Source: Octopus sinensis (Eukaryota). From it: a stretch of DNA of 64,000 nt. Of the stretch, positions 40,788 through 54,112 are shown one piece after another (position 1 is the first letter of the stretch; the number at the start of each line of letters is the position of its first letter). The position numbers were made by a program, and so were the translations under genes. The stretch is taken from the NCBI RefSeq assembly GCF_006345805.1, contig NC_043005.1:64728001-64792000 (forward strand). Direction: 5' to 3'. The notes below the pieces were generated by a model that made no database searches, had not been told where the DNA came from, and was given only the letters and a program-made list of their open reading frames with translations.

Positions 40788-41773
40788 GCCGTGACTGCTG
40801 AGGATATGCGTAAGCTCGCTAGAAATGAAGCCAGTATGCTCCGATGGATGTGTAATGCCGGTACTCACACTCGGCAGAGTGTAAGTACCTTGAGAGAAAA
40901 GCTGGACTAAGAAGCATCAGTTGTGGTGTGCAAGAGAGACGTTTGCGCTGATATGGTCATGTGGCGAGAATGGATGAAGATAGTTGTGTGAAAAAGTGCC
41001 ACACCCTAGCGGTTGAGGGAACCTGTGGAAGAGGCAGACCCAGGAAAACCTGGGACGAGGTGGTGAAGCATGACCTTCGAACTTTAGGTCTCACTGAGGA
41101 AATGACTAGAGACCGAGACCTCTGGAAGTGTGCTGTGCGCGAGAAGACCCGGCAGGACAAGTGAGTCCACAACCCGTGGCCTTCTACATGGGATGGAGCC
41201 AGCCTACGTATGCATACCTTCCCTTCTTGGGACACAAAACTCTACTTCTGAAGACGTGTTGAGGCAAGTGAGGATCAGAATCGAAATCGATGAATGGAAA
41301 TTGCGGATGTGCTACCAGTGCCGGTGGCATGTCGAAACTCTGCTTGTGAAGACCCATTGAGGCAAGTGAGGATCAGAATCAAAATCGATCAATGGAAATC
41401 GATCAATGGAAATTACAGATGTGTTACCAGTGCCGGTGGCATGTAAGAGAACTTTCCGTTTCGCGACCGTTGCCAGCACCGCCCCGTTTCGTGTCCATTG
41501 CCAGCCTCGCCTGGCCCTCGTGCCGGTGGCACATAAAAAGCACCATCCGTTCGTGGCCGTTTGCCAGCTCTGTCTGGCACCAGTGCGGGTGGCACGTAAA
41601 AAGCACCCACTACACTCGCGGAGTGGTTGGCGTTAGGAAGGGCATCCAGCCATAGAAACACTGCCAGATTTGACTGGCCTGATGAAGCCTTCTGGCTTCA
41701 CAGACCCCAGTAGAACCGTCCAACCCATGCTAGCATGGAAAATGGACGCTAAATGATGATGATGATGATGATG

Positions 41774-41806
<33 letters not shown>

Positions 41807-41857
41807 ATATAATATATATATATAAATATATATAAATATATATATATAAATATATAT

Positions 41858-41901
<44 letters not shown>

Positions 41902-44266
41902 TTATATGTAGAAAAAGACAGGAAACTGCTATGGTTAGTTGCTATGACAATAAGAATTACTGCCTGCAAAGATATGCATTTAACTGTTGCACAAATTGGA
42001 AAAGTAAAATATCAAAGCAGATATTGGAATACCATGCAATTCTTGGATGCATGGAACCCTGTCAAATTGTCCATCTTGGAAGAAGGATATTTAAAGATGA
42101 TGATGATGTCAGTGAGAAAAATATAAATAAGATTAGGATGTCTATAATATAATCCTAAAATTATTAACATAAAAAACAAAACTCTGTTGATAATTCTGGA
42201 ATACATGACAAACTATAAGTTTGGTCATCATTATTATCATTTAATGTCTGCTTTCCATGCTAGCATGGGTTGGATAATTTGACTGAACTCTGGCTGCACC
42301 AGGCTCCAATCTTGATCTGGCAGAGTTTCTACAGCTGGATGCCCTTCCTAACGCCAACCACTCCAAGAGTGTAGTGGGTGCTTTTACGTGCCACCGACAC
42401 GAAGGCCAGTCAGATGGTACTGGCAATGGCCACGTGTAAATGGTGTTTTTCACGTGCCACCTAAACAGGAACCAGTCCAGCGGCACTCGCAATGACCTCG
42501 CTTAAATGCTTTTTCACATGCCACCAGCACAAGTGCCAGTAAGGCGATGCTGGTAACGATCATGCTCAAATGGTGCTTTTTACATGCCACCAGCAAGGAA
42601 GCCAGTTAGCTGCTCTGGCAACAATCACGCTTGGATGGTGATCTTAGCACTACACTAGCACGGATGCCAGTCATCAAATTTGATTTCAATTTCGATTTTG
42701 TGTCCAAAATTTTGTGTTCAAATTCAGTAACCATAATTCAGTAATTGTTCTGACCTCATATTTTCTTACAACCTTAGTCCAGAAACTCATTTTCAATAAG
42801 ACACATTGTCCAGTAAAATAGAAATTTTTTGATCTTATAAATGATGAAAGTAAATAACAATTCAGTCATATTATGATGATATCAGGATATATGTTGGAAG
42901 AAACGTTAGCACGCCAGGCAAAATTCTTAGCAGTATTTCATCTGCCATTACGTTCTGAGTTCAAATTCCGCCGAGGTCGACTTTGCCTTTCATCCTTTTG
43001 GGGTCGATAAATTAAGCACCAGTTATGCACTGGGGTTGATGTAATCGACTTAATCCCTTTGTCTTTCCTTGTTTGTCCCCTCTATGTTTAACCCCTTATG
43101 GGTAACAAAGAAATAGGATATATGTTGCCATGACAACATTTTTATTTTTAATATGGTGACATACTTTTTGAATAGGCGCAGGAGTGGCTGTGTGGTAAGT
43201 AGCTTGCTAACAAACTACATGGTTCCGGGTTCAGTCCCACTGCGTGGCATCTTGGGCAAGTGTCTTCTGCTATAGCCCCGAGCCGACCAATGCCTTGTGA
43301 GTGGATTTGGTAGACGGAAATTGAAAGAAGCCTGTCGTATATATGTATATGTATATATATATGTATGTGTGTGTTTGTGTGTCTGTGTTTGTCCCCCTAG
43401 CATTGCTTGATAACCGATGCTGGTGTGTTTACGTCCCCGTCACTTAGCGGTTCGGCAAAAGAGACCGATAGAATAAGTACTGGGCTTACAAAGAATAAGT
43501 CCCGGGGTCGATTTGCTCGACTAAAGGCGGTGCTCCAGCATGGCCACAGTCAAATGACTGAAACAAGTAAAAGAGTAAAAGAGTAAAGAGTATACTCCAA
43601 ACTTAATTTTAAAACCGAATGTTATCCATATACAACTCTATGTTGTACTTATTAGGTATGCTGATTGTTAAGACAGCCCTGCTAGAGATTGTCACAAACT
43701 ACAACTAATTACCAATACATGCTTAGTTGTTACCATCAGGCACTCTGTACTTCCATCTACTTCTGTAACAGATAGATTAGATTCCCTTCGAAGCAATCAG
43801 ATGCACATGTACAGTGTTCATAAGCTTTCATTGCCACAAGATTATGGTTTGCTTCAATGATCAAGTTGGAGCGACTTAAAAGAGATGCCTCTGTAGGATA
43901 TAAACACTACAAGGTATTCCTTTTTGTGCCTTTATTCTTCACTCTATACTGATGTGGTACACACATGCGCACGTGCACACACTCATATACATATAGTACA
44001 TGCATGTGTACATGCACACACACACACACACAGATACATATATATGCAGGATGTAAACACTGCAAGGTATTCCTTTTGGTGCCTTTATTCTTCATTCCAT
44101 ACTGATGTAGTACATGCATGCACACGTGCACACAACACACACACACACACACACACAGATACATATATATGCAGGATGTAAACACTGCAAGGTATTCCTT
44201 TTGGTGCCTTTATTCTTCATTCCATACTGATGTAGTACATGCATGCACACGTGCACACACACACAA

Positions 44267-44314
<48 letters not shown>

Positions 44315-44669
44315 AGTACACACATATGCACATGCACACACACACATACATATATATTCATGCACATCCTGCTGGTGGTGTAAAGCACTTGTGGTGGTTC
44401 CACATAAAAGCACCCATATGATACCACGTAAAAGCGCCCATGTGGTGCCATGTAAAAGTGTCTATACAGTGGCACGTAAGAGCACCCATGCAACACCATA
44501 AAAGCACCCAGCACACTCTGTAAAATGGTTGGCATTAGGAAGGGCATCCAGCCATAGAAACCATGCCAAATCAGACTGGAGTCTGGTGCAGCTCCCCAAG
44601 CTTGCTAGCTCTGGTCAAACCATCCAACCCATGCCAGCACGGACAGCTGATGTTAAATGATGACGACAT

Positions 44670-44706
<37 letters not shown>

Positions 44707-46954
44707 ATATAAATTGCAGAAGGCAGCAAGTTTGACAGAATCGTTAGCACACCAAGCGAAATGCTTAATGGTATTTCGACTGCCATCATGTTCTGAGTTC
44801 AAATTCCGCCGAGGTCGACTTTGCCTTTCATCCTTTCAAGGTCGATTAAATAAGTACCAGTTATGCACTGGGGTCGATGTAATCGACTTAGTCACTTTGT
44901 CTGTCCTTGTTTGTCCCCTCTATGTTTCGCCCCTTGTGGGCAATAAAGAATTAGATATATAAATTGCAGAGTTCTGTGCTGTTATCATCTACCAAATGTA
45001 ATTCATAAGATACTGATTGACTGATCAACTTAAAGCTACTGGAGAAGGTATTTGCCTAAGGTATGAAATAGGAATGGAACTTGGGCCCACTTGGCTGCAA
45101 AGTGCACTTCTTATGTCAAAAAGTATAAAGCCAATCCTTTTACTACTATTTCATTAAAATGTTAGTATTTTTCATTCCATTTGCTAATACAAGTCAAGGC
45201 TGAAAATTAACAGACCCTCAAAATTGTCACAAAACTAGTGATTTATTCTAGCAATTAAACTGTTATGAGAAGATTCACTTAGTATTCAGTTAAAACCAGC
45301 ATCCAAAATGCTAGCTAGGAAAACAGCATAAAAACTTTCTTACTGCTACATTAAAGAATTGTCAGTATGCTTTCCATATAAATCTGCTTACTAAAACAAC
45401 AATCGAATCAAAATAAATGAAATTTCTTTATGAAATCATAATAAAATGTGACCAAAAATATTTCACTAGATAAGTAAGTAGGATATATATATATTAAGAT
45501 ATTTTTTAATAGTGAAAACAAATCTCACAAAGACTATATTTTTCAGGCATAAGACAAATAATCAAATTTTAAGCATAAACTATTCTATTATTAATTCTAA
45601 TTCAATGGAGTTGTATCTTTTCACAAAATTTTTCTTATCCTCTGTTCAAGATTTCAATCATGCTTGTAATTAAATGAATACAAGAATCCAACTTCTTTTC
45701 TGAAATGTTGAAAAATATTAATTCAGATTGACATGATTAAACAAGTAATCTAACTCTTTGCAGTAGATTCTACATCTGTCCATTATTTAGGAAAAATATA
45801 CTTAAAAGATATAACTACCAGATGTCTTATTGCTTTTTGTAATTTAAGAAGAGTGAATAATTAGTGTGTGGTAAGAAACATGCTTCCCAACCACATGGTT
45901 CCAGATTTGGTCCCACTGTGTGGAAACTTAGGTAAGTGTTTACTATAGCCTTGGCCCAACCAAAGCCTTGTGAGTGGATTTGGTAGACAGGAACTGAAAG
46001 AAGCCCATCATATACATGTGTGTATGTGTGTGTGTTCCCCAACACTGCTTGACTAGCGATATTGGGGTGTTTATGTCTCTGTAACTTAGCAGTTTAGCAA
46101 AGGAGTCCAATAGAATAAGCACTAGGCTTAAAAAAGTGTTGGGGTTGATTCATTTGACTAAAGCCCCTTAAGGCAGTACCCCAGTATGACTGCAGTCTAA
46201 TGACTGAAATAAGTAAAAGCTAGAAGGTACAGGATGCGACAGGTAAATTGTTACCGTTTTATATTTTTAATTTTGTGCATGCACATTGTTTCTTTTTGAT
46301 TTTCTCAACTACACAGTATGGTAGGGGCAGTTAGACACCATCTGTGAGAAAACCAGCACCATGACGCAATTCACTCAGCCAGAAATTTGGAAACAACATG
46401 TTCTACTGATTGGCACTCACGCCGGAAGTGCCAATATGAACATTACAGAGTGTTTAGCAACAGGACTCTGCACCATGCCACACAAGCAGGAGAACCCAGT
46501 CATGGCTGTCAGATAATTTCTGTTATCACACCACTGCTAATATCTTGCCACCTAACTCCTCAGACTGCAACCCCATTTGATTATGATGTGTGGGATCTAA
46601 TTGTTTGAGAGACTAACAAGACTCCTTATAATACCAAAGATGAACTGATGACAAGGACTATGTAGTCTTCTCATCAGGGGAAGAAAGAAATAAACCGAAC
46701 TCATCAATAAGACATTTTAGCAGAATGTGATGGATGTGTATAATGGTGACCGGAATGCTATTAAGTCTTTTAAAAAAACCGTTAGAAGATATAACGTCAA
46801 AGGTAGCCTATAGAAAGAGAAGGGGTAAAGGAAAGAAATAAGCAGAAAACTCATAAAGGAGATTTTTTTGCTACCCTGTTTATTTATTTTTTCCATGTTA
46901 ATTGTAAACAAGGGAAAAATACACACATCCATTTAAATATATACACACACACAC

Positions 46955-47000
<46 letters not shown>

Positions 47001-48846
47001 TCATCATCATCATCTGCTCGCTCCGCTGCTGACATTATTATACCACACGAAATGACCAGCTAAGCTAAGAAATTTCTCTAGTTTTAATCACTCATCATTC
47101 TTTCATCTAAGTCAGGGATGGGGAAACTTTTTAGTGCAGCGGGCAAAAATTTCCAAAGAAAAAGGTCTGCAGGTGGATCACAAGTTCTGGCACTTGCATC
47201 TGTGTATATATCTATTTAGCACATTAAATTAACATGTAACATCTTCATTAACAGCGCCACTGAATTTAAGATGTTAATACAACTTATGAGATATTCTATA
47301 TTTTTCAAAATGTACCTGTCCTAATGTTGGAGAAACCATAACAGTCAAGCTCAGACCAAATTTAATTTTGAAAAATTACATTAATACCTAAATACTATTA
47401 TGTGTAAATGGCATATTTGAACAGATTTATTCAAGTGATAATTTTATCAAAGCTAATTAACTTTAATTTCAAAATTTGGCATTGTTTAGTGAGAAGAATG
47501 AAACTACATTTTTTCTTTCTTTTTTCTAAAGTTTAGGAATGTCAGGTCTTTGAAGAAACTGCTATTCTTAGTTCATTACTCAGGTTTCCATTAGTATGTC
47601 TAGTATGAAGACGATTTTTTTGCATAATTCAATTTGAAAAAAACTGCTCACAGTTAAGTTTGTCACAGATAAGTTGTCAAAAATTGAGATATAAATTTCA
47701 AGACATTTTTATGCAAAGCAGGGAATTTCTCAGGATTGATGGGTTTGTAGAACCCAATAAAAATAGATTATTATTTTTTTATTTTAATAAGCTATCCAAC
47801 TGCAAATCAATTAATTCTAATTGTAAGGTATCCTGAGCTTCCTTAGGACCCATATCAAAAGGTGTTTCAAAAACACAAAATTATCTTGTATTTTTTCAAA
47901 TCTACTTTCAAATTTCTTCAAAAGACTTTCACACTTGTCAGAATATTCCTTTGTTGATTTGGGATTTTGTTCGCTCAATTTTGGAAAATGTGTGAAGCAC
48001 TTCCTTTTCAATTGAGTGATAAATAAATGATGAATCAGTTCAAAGCTTTTGATATGAGAAAGCGAGCTGGTTATTAACTGAATGGAGCCTTTTGGTTTCA
48101 GGTTCAAATTATTTAAATGACTAGATATATCTTCTAAAAATGTTGAATCACTTAGAAACGTTTTTTCTTCCAGTTCTATAATAGGAATACCTTTAATATC
48201 CATAAAAACTTTCACTCCTTCCTTCAGTTCATAAAATTGCTTAAGCATTTGGGCCTTACTAAACTTCACAACAGTACAATAAATCTCCAGAGGCAATGAC
48301 TAGTAACCAAGACTTTTGGCAATATGCTGTACTTGTGAAGGCCCATAAAGCCAAGTGAAATCATAGATGTGGCTGATGCTGGTGTCACATAACTTAAACC
48401 CATTCTGATGGCACACAAAAAGCACCATTCAAGTACTGGGCCTCACGGGGGCAAAATGGCTGATGCCGGTGGCATGTGAAAAGCTCCTTTTGAGTGTTGG
48501 GCCTTACGGAGGCAACGACTAAGACCTAGCATTATGTCATGCTTGAGAAAAAGACCCATCAAGTCAAGTAAATGTGCAGTTATGGTAGATACCAGTGTCA
48601 CACAAATAACACCCGTTGGCACATCAACCACTCTTGAAGTGGTTGGTATTAGGAAGGGCATCCAGCCGTAGAAACCCTGACAAACCAGACTGGAATCTGA
48701 TGCAGCCTTCAAACTTGCCAACCCAAATCAAATCATCCAACCCATACCAGCCTGGACAACGGATGCTAAATGATGATGATGATAATGATTATATATTTAT
48801 ATATATATACATACACACACCTAACACATATTTATACATACCTGTA

Positions 48847-48883
<37 letters not shown>

Positions 48884-51039
48884 ATATATATACATATACA
48901 TATATTTATATATTAAGGTGTTTGGGAAGTAATTGCATTTTATCAGAGAGGATATAAAAACAAATGTAAATTATATTTATCAATCACATTTATCAATTAT
49001 CAGTTTCAATGACTGCAGCCCAACGGGGAAGTAACTAATATATGCCACGTGCAAAGAAACCTATTTCTTTTCCTGAAAAAGTTTAAATGCCTATTTTCGA
49101 CTTCCTCTCATTTTCTGAATGTTTTGCCTCTTAAAAAGTGCTCTAGTGATCAGAACAGATGGAAATCTGTAGGTGCTAAATCAGGGGAGAATGGAGGATG
49201 TGGAAGAACTTATCATCGTAACAATTTTATTTTTTTCGTGAGGTTTGCTTTGAAGAGTGTAGCCATGCATTGTCATGCTGGAAAATAACACCTTTTCTGT
49301 TTACCAAAACTGGCCACTTTCGATGTAATTTTACATTTAAATGATGAAGTGAGCGAGTTGATAATAGAGTAATACCAAGAATTCTTTGGAAAATTCCTAA
49401 TTTTCCAAAGAATTAAGGAATAATTAACCAAATAGTTTTACTATTTGTTACATGAAATCTAGTTGTAAGGATATAAACGATATCAATTTTGATTTATAAG
49501 CCAACATCAAACAGAGATAACCCTTATTTAAACCCCTTTTTTTTCATTCTAAAGGTAAATCTGTCTTTCAAAGATAGTTACACTAAAAATAAGGTAACTA
49601 CTAGTAAAACTATTTGGTTAATTATTCCTTATGGGAGGCAAATAAAATCTAATCTCCCTTTGCAGTTTCGTGAAGCTATTATTAGGAATTTTCCAAAGAA
49701 TTCTAGTATTACTCTATTATCAACTCACATACAGTTATTATTGTTTTTTCCAACACAAAAAACTCTTACAAATTATCTCCTCACATAATATTAGCTTGTT
49801 AAATAGGGATACATTTACTAATACTAACGTTAATTTAGCTAATACCATCCATCCCACGAGAAATATTAATAACAAGGTTATTGTATCTGAAGTCAATTAC
49901 AACAGAATCAAGTTTATGTCAAATAACTCTAAAATTAAAACTTCTATATACCAGTGTAAAATTACTTCAGGTAATAATGTATTTTTTATATAGGCAGTTC
50001 ATCTTCTCAGTTATCTAAAAGAATTTCTAATCATTACTCTACATTTAGGGATAGGAATAAACGTAACAGTACAGGGCTTAGTAAATTAATTTGGTATCTA
50101 AAAGACCACAGCAAAAAATTTAATTTAAATTGGTTGATTTTCTCAATTTCGATCCCTTATGATAAAGGCAAGGAATTCTGTCTTCTCTGTAATTCTGAAC
50201 TATTTCCTATTCTTTTTTCTAAAAATCCCCTGGTAAACATGGATATAAAGCCTGCATATTGAAGTAAACATTGGAAGAAACACACCTTTAGTTCATATAA
50301 GTGATATCTATCATTATGTATAATTTAAACATTAATTTTCTTCTTGCATTTCACATTCACTAGATATATCTTTTTCTAAGACTTTAGAGTTTTATTTAAT
50401 TTATATATCGTTATATACTTCTCATTTATTTGGGGTTTTTTCTCCTTTATCCCTCCTCTTTCTATAGGCTACCTCTGACATTATATCCTCTAACATTAAA
50501 AAAAATATTTAATAATGTTCAGTTACTATACTTATCCATCATATTTTGTTAAACTGTCTTATTGACGAGTTTCATTTCTTCATTTCCCTGAAGAGAAGAT
50601 TACATTGTTTAACACCATTTTACTCCTTTGGAATAATACCAGTGATATCTTCGAAACATGTGTGGGAAGTAAAAGAATTTGAATAACACCTGCATTTAAC
50701 ACCATTTATTTATTTATATCTGTTATACAAAACATTTCACGTAAACCCAGATTTTCTACCTTTAAAAACAAGGTCTTCAGATACAATAACCTTGTTATTA
50801 ATATTTCTAGGGGGATGGATGGTATTAGCTAAATTAATCATCTCAAATTTCATTATAAGTGCTAGAGCACGTTGTGTCTGAACATTAAAATATAAAAATA
50901 GTTTTAATGTATTGTTCCCTTTTTAACAACTAACATAGAAAAAATAGATAAATAGTTACCAGGGTAACAAAAAATTGCACAAGTAGCCCTAGTAACTATT
51001 TATCTATTTTTTCCATGTTGTTAAAAAGGGAAAAATACA

Positions 51040-51104
<65 letters not shown>

Positions 51105-51107
51105 ATG

Positions 51108-51142
<35 letters not shown>

Positions 51143-54023
51143 CTATACACACAAATACATACAGAGTGTGATAGGAGGAGAAAAATCGAGAGAAACAAGT
51201 GAGAAATGAAGGTTATATATGATGTATTAAATTCTATGATTTAACAGTTGAGGAAAATTATAGACATTTCTTTTACTTGGTGTTACAAAGTTTATGAAGT
51301 GTTCATCAATTGGTAGTAAGTTTACTCATCTATACAAACTCATCATGTTAGTAGCATTAGTATAAATAAGATATAAAAAATTGTTATTTCAGATATAAAT
51401 ATAAATTGGAAGGAAAATTACTTTCACAATTTCAGGTTTCTTTATAAAACATTTCATTGGTTCTTCAATCTTCCTGTGTAACTGCTGAGCCCACATAATT
51501 CGACCAGCTGTTGGTGGTATGTTGTTAGGGATCTCTGGGTCTGCTCTTTGCTTTTGGTAGAGCTTACGAATTGTTTCTAAGTCTTTGCCATAGTTTCTCA
51601 ACAAAGTAAAGAAACGCTCGTTGAGGTCCAGCTTGTTGATCATCTCAAATTTCAGTATAAGCGCTAGAGCACGTTGTGTCTGAACATTAAAATACGAAAA
51701 TAGTTTTAATGTATTTAAGATTGCCAAAATAAAACAGCAAAATCATAGAAAAGCAAGGAAAATATATAGCAGGTGCTACATTTATTATTAGTGCATAAAT
51801 ACACATGAAAACACATGCTCTGTGACATATCTTGTATGTAATCATGACACAACAACATACCTATTACTATTCTGTATATGCATACACACACACACACCAC
51901 ACACACACACACACACATACACTTACAAGCAGCAAAATTCTTTGTGTTTTTTTTAAATGAAACAATCATTTTTGCTTAGATTAAATTGTGTATTGATATC
52001 AGATTTTTGTCAAGCAGAAGTTATGTTTACAAGCAGCAGTTACCATCATATAATCTCTTTAATCATGATAAATACTAAGTTTCTTAAAATCACTTCTACC
52101 ATTTTTCTTAATGAGAAATTGCTTCTTGGTTTTAAAATGTAAATTCACACATATGCAGCAAGCATGGCTGTGTGGTTAAAATATCCACTTTGCAACCACA
52201 TTGATTTCAGGTTCGATTCCAACTGTGTGACACTTTCTCCTGTAGCCCTGGACTGACCAATGAACTAGTCTGGGAACTTTCTATTACCACCTCATACAGT
52301 ATTATACATCCAACACAGTCGGCCTTACCAATTGGTTTCACACTAGGGGTTCAACAGTGTTAAGTTAACATTCTGATTATGTAACCATACATTCTTCAGA
52401 GATGGCAGCTATGGAATGGAATATGGTGACTGTGGTTTAAATGGAAAAGGGTTAAATAACTTAGAAATTATACTTAATTGATTTAAAGATTATAACTTAA
52501 AGTATCATATAAAAAATGCATTTTTCACAATGAAGTCAGCTATTTTGGTCATATTGGTAGATTTTCACTCTTACAAAAGTGTATCTGGGAAATAGCAATT
52601 CGGCTGTGTTGCAAATGCTAGCTCATATCATATATTCATTAAGAACATGGCATTACAAGCTGTAATATAATTTAGAAGAAAAGAACATACTATTCAATTA
52701 GTCAGCAGTTTATTAGTCATGTGACTGATGCTACATATTGCAGTAGTTGTATCATTAATGCTGCAATGCATCTATTGCAACATGAAATAGAGATGAACAT
52801 TCTATTCCCTCACTGGAACATGCACTCAATGTATATCAACGTTGATATTCACAAAGCGATGAAGAGGGATTATTTATTATATTTGGTCTTCATAATTCAA
52901 ATTGCATGCTGTATAGATAACTGGATCTAAATAAATACACACTGACTCTGAGGGACCATTTTATAGTAAAATGTAGCTTATTGTCATTTATTTGTTCTCA
53001 AAATTTCGATGTATTTCGCAACAACATCAATCATATTAATGAAACATTGGCAATGCTCTGTTGAATTATTGTCATTAAAGGATTTCTTAAAACCATTATT
53101 CCCAGCAATGGAATTCAATATGTGTCATCTAAATTTAAACAATTTTGATGATCAAATGAGCATTCAATATTTCATGCCAACTAATGCTCATCCAACTTCA
53201 GGCAGTAAAATAGAACGCTTTGTTCAGATATTCAAAGAAAAAATTCAAAAGCAATACCATTATAATCATTCATTGGTGGAAGAAGAATCAACATTTTTAA
53301 AATTTTCATATTGTTCTGCACCACATCTAGAGTATTAGGCAGAAAATTTCTGGCAGTACTGAAGCATGGCCAACAGACATCAACAATTATGCCATTATTA
53401 TTACTGACAAACCATGATCAAATGGAGGACAGACAATAGCTTCAATAAATTATATATTGGATAATCAGTATTTGTAATTGATTATCAAAACAAAAACTAA
53501 ATGGATTTGTGACACACTTATAAAGAAACTTGATTCAGACAACAGGAATGAAAATGACATCAGATTCAGATTTGGTTGCAGGATTATCCATTTCCATTGA
53601 CAACTAGACATACATTTGACCAATTCAATCACTGGTAGTTGTATGAAATTAATACACAGCTATTATTGCCCCACTCTCACCTGCTGTGTGTGATTTACCT
53701 TTTTTTTTTCACAATTACCACAATCAGTATCACAATAGTGCAGTTCTGCCAGGTAACAATGAGCATGGGTGTGATCATCAATTAAATGACAAAGAGAAGA
53801 TATTACTCTTTTACTCTTTTACTTGTTTCAGTCATTTGACTGTGGCCATGCTGGAGCACCACCTTTAGTCGAGCAAATCGACCCCCAGGACTTATTCTTT
53901 GTAAGCCTAGTACTTATTCTATCGGTCTCTTTTGCCGAACCGCTAAGTTGTGGGGACGTAAACACACCAGCATTGGTTGTCAAGCGAGGTTGGGGGGACA
54001 AACACAGACACGCAAACATATAC

Positions 54024-54112
<89 letters not shown>

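Noticed and set aside
41318-41607. CRISPR array
   Set aside because: Eukaryotic intron, no cas genes, irregular spacing, and the units belong to a dispersed RTE 3' UTR.
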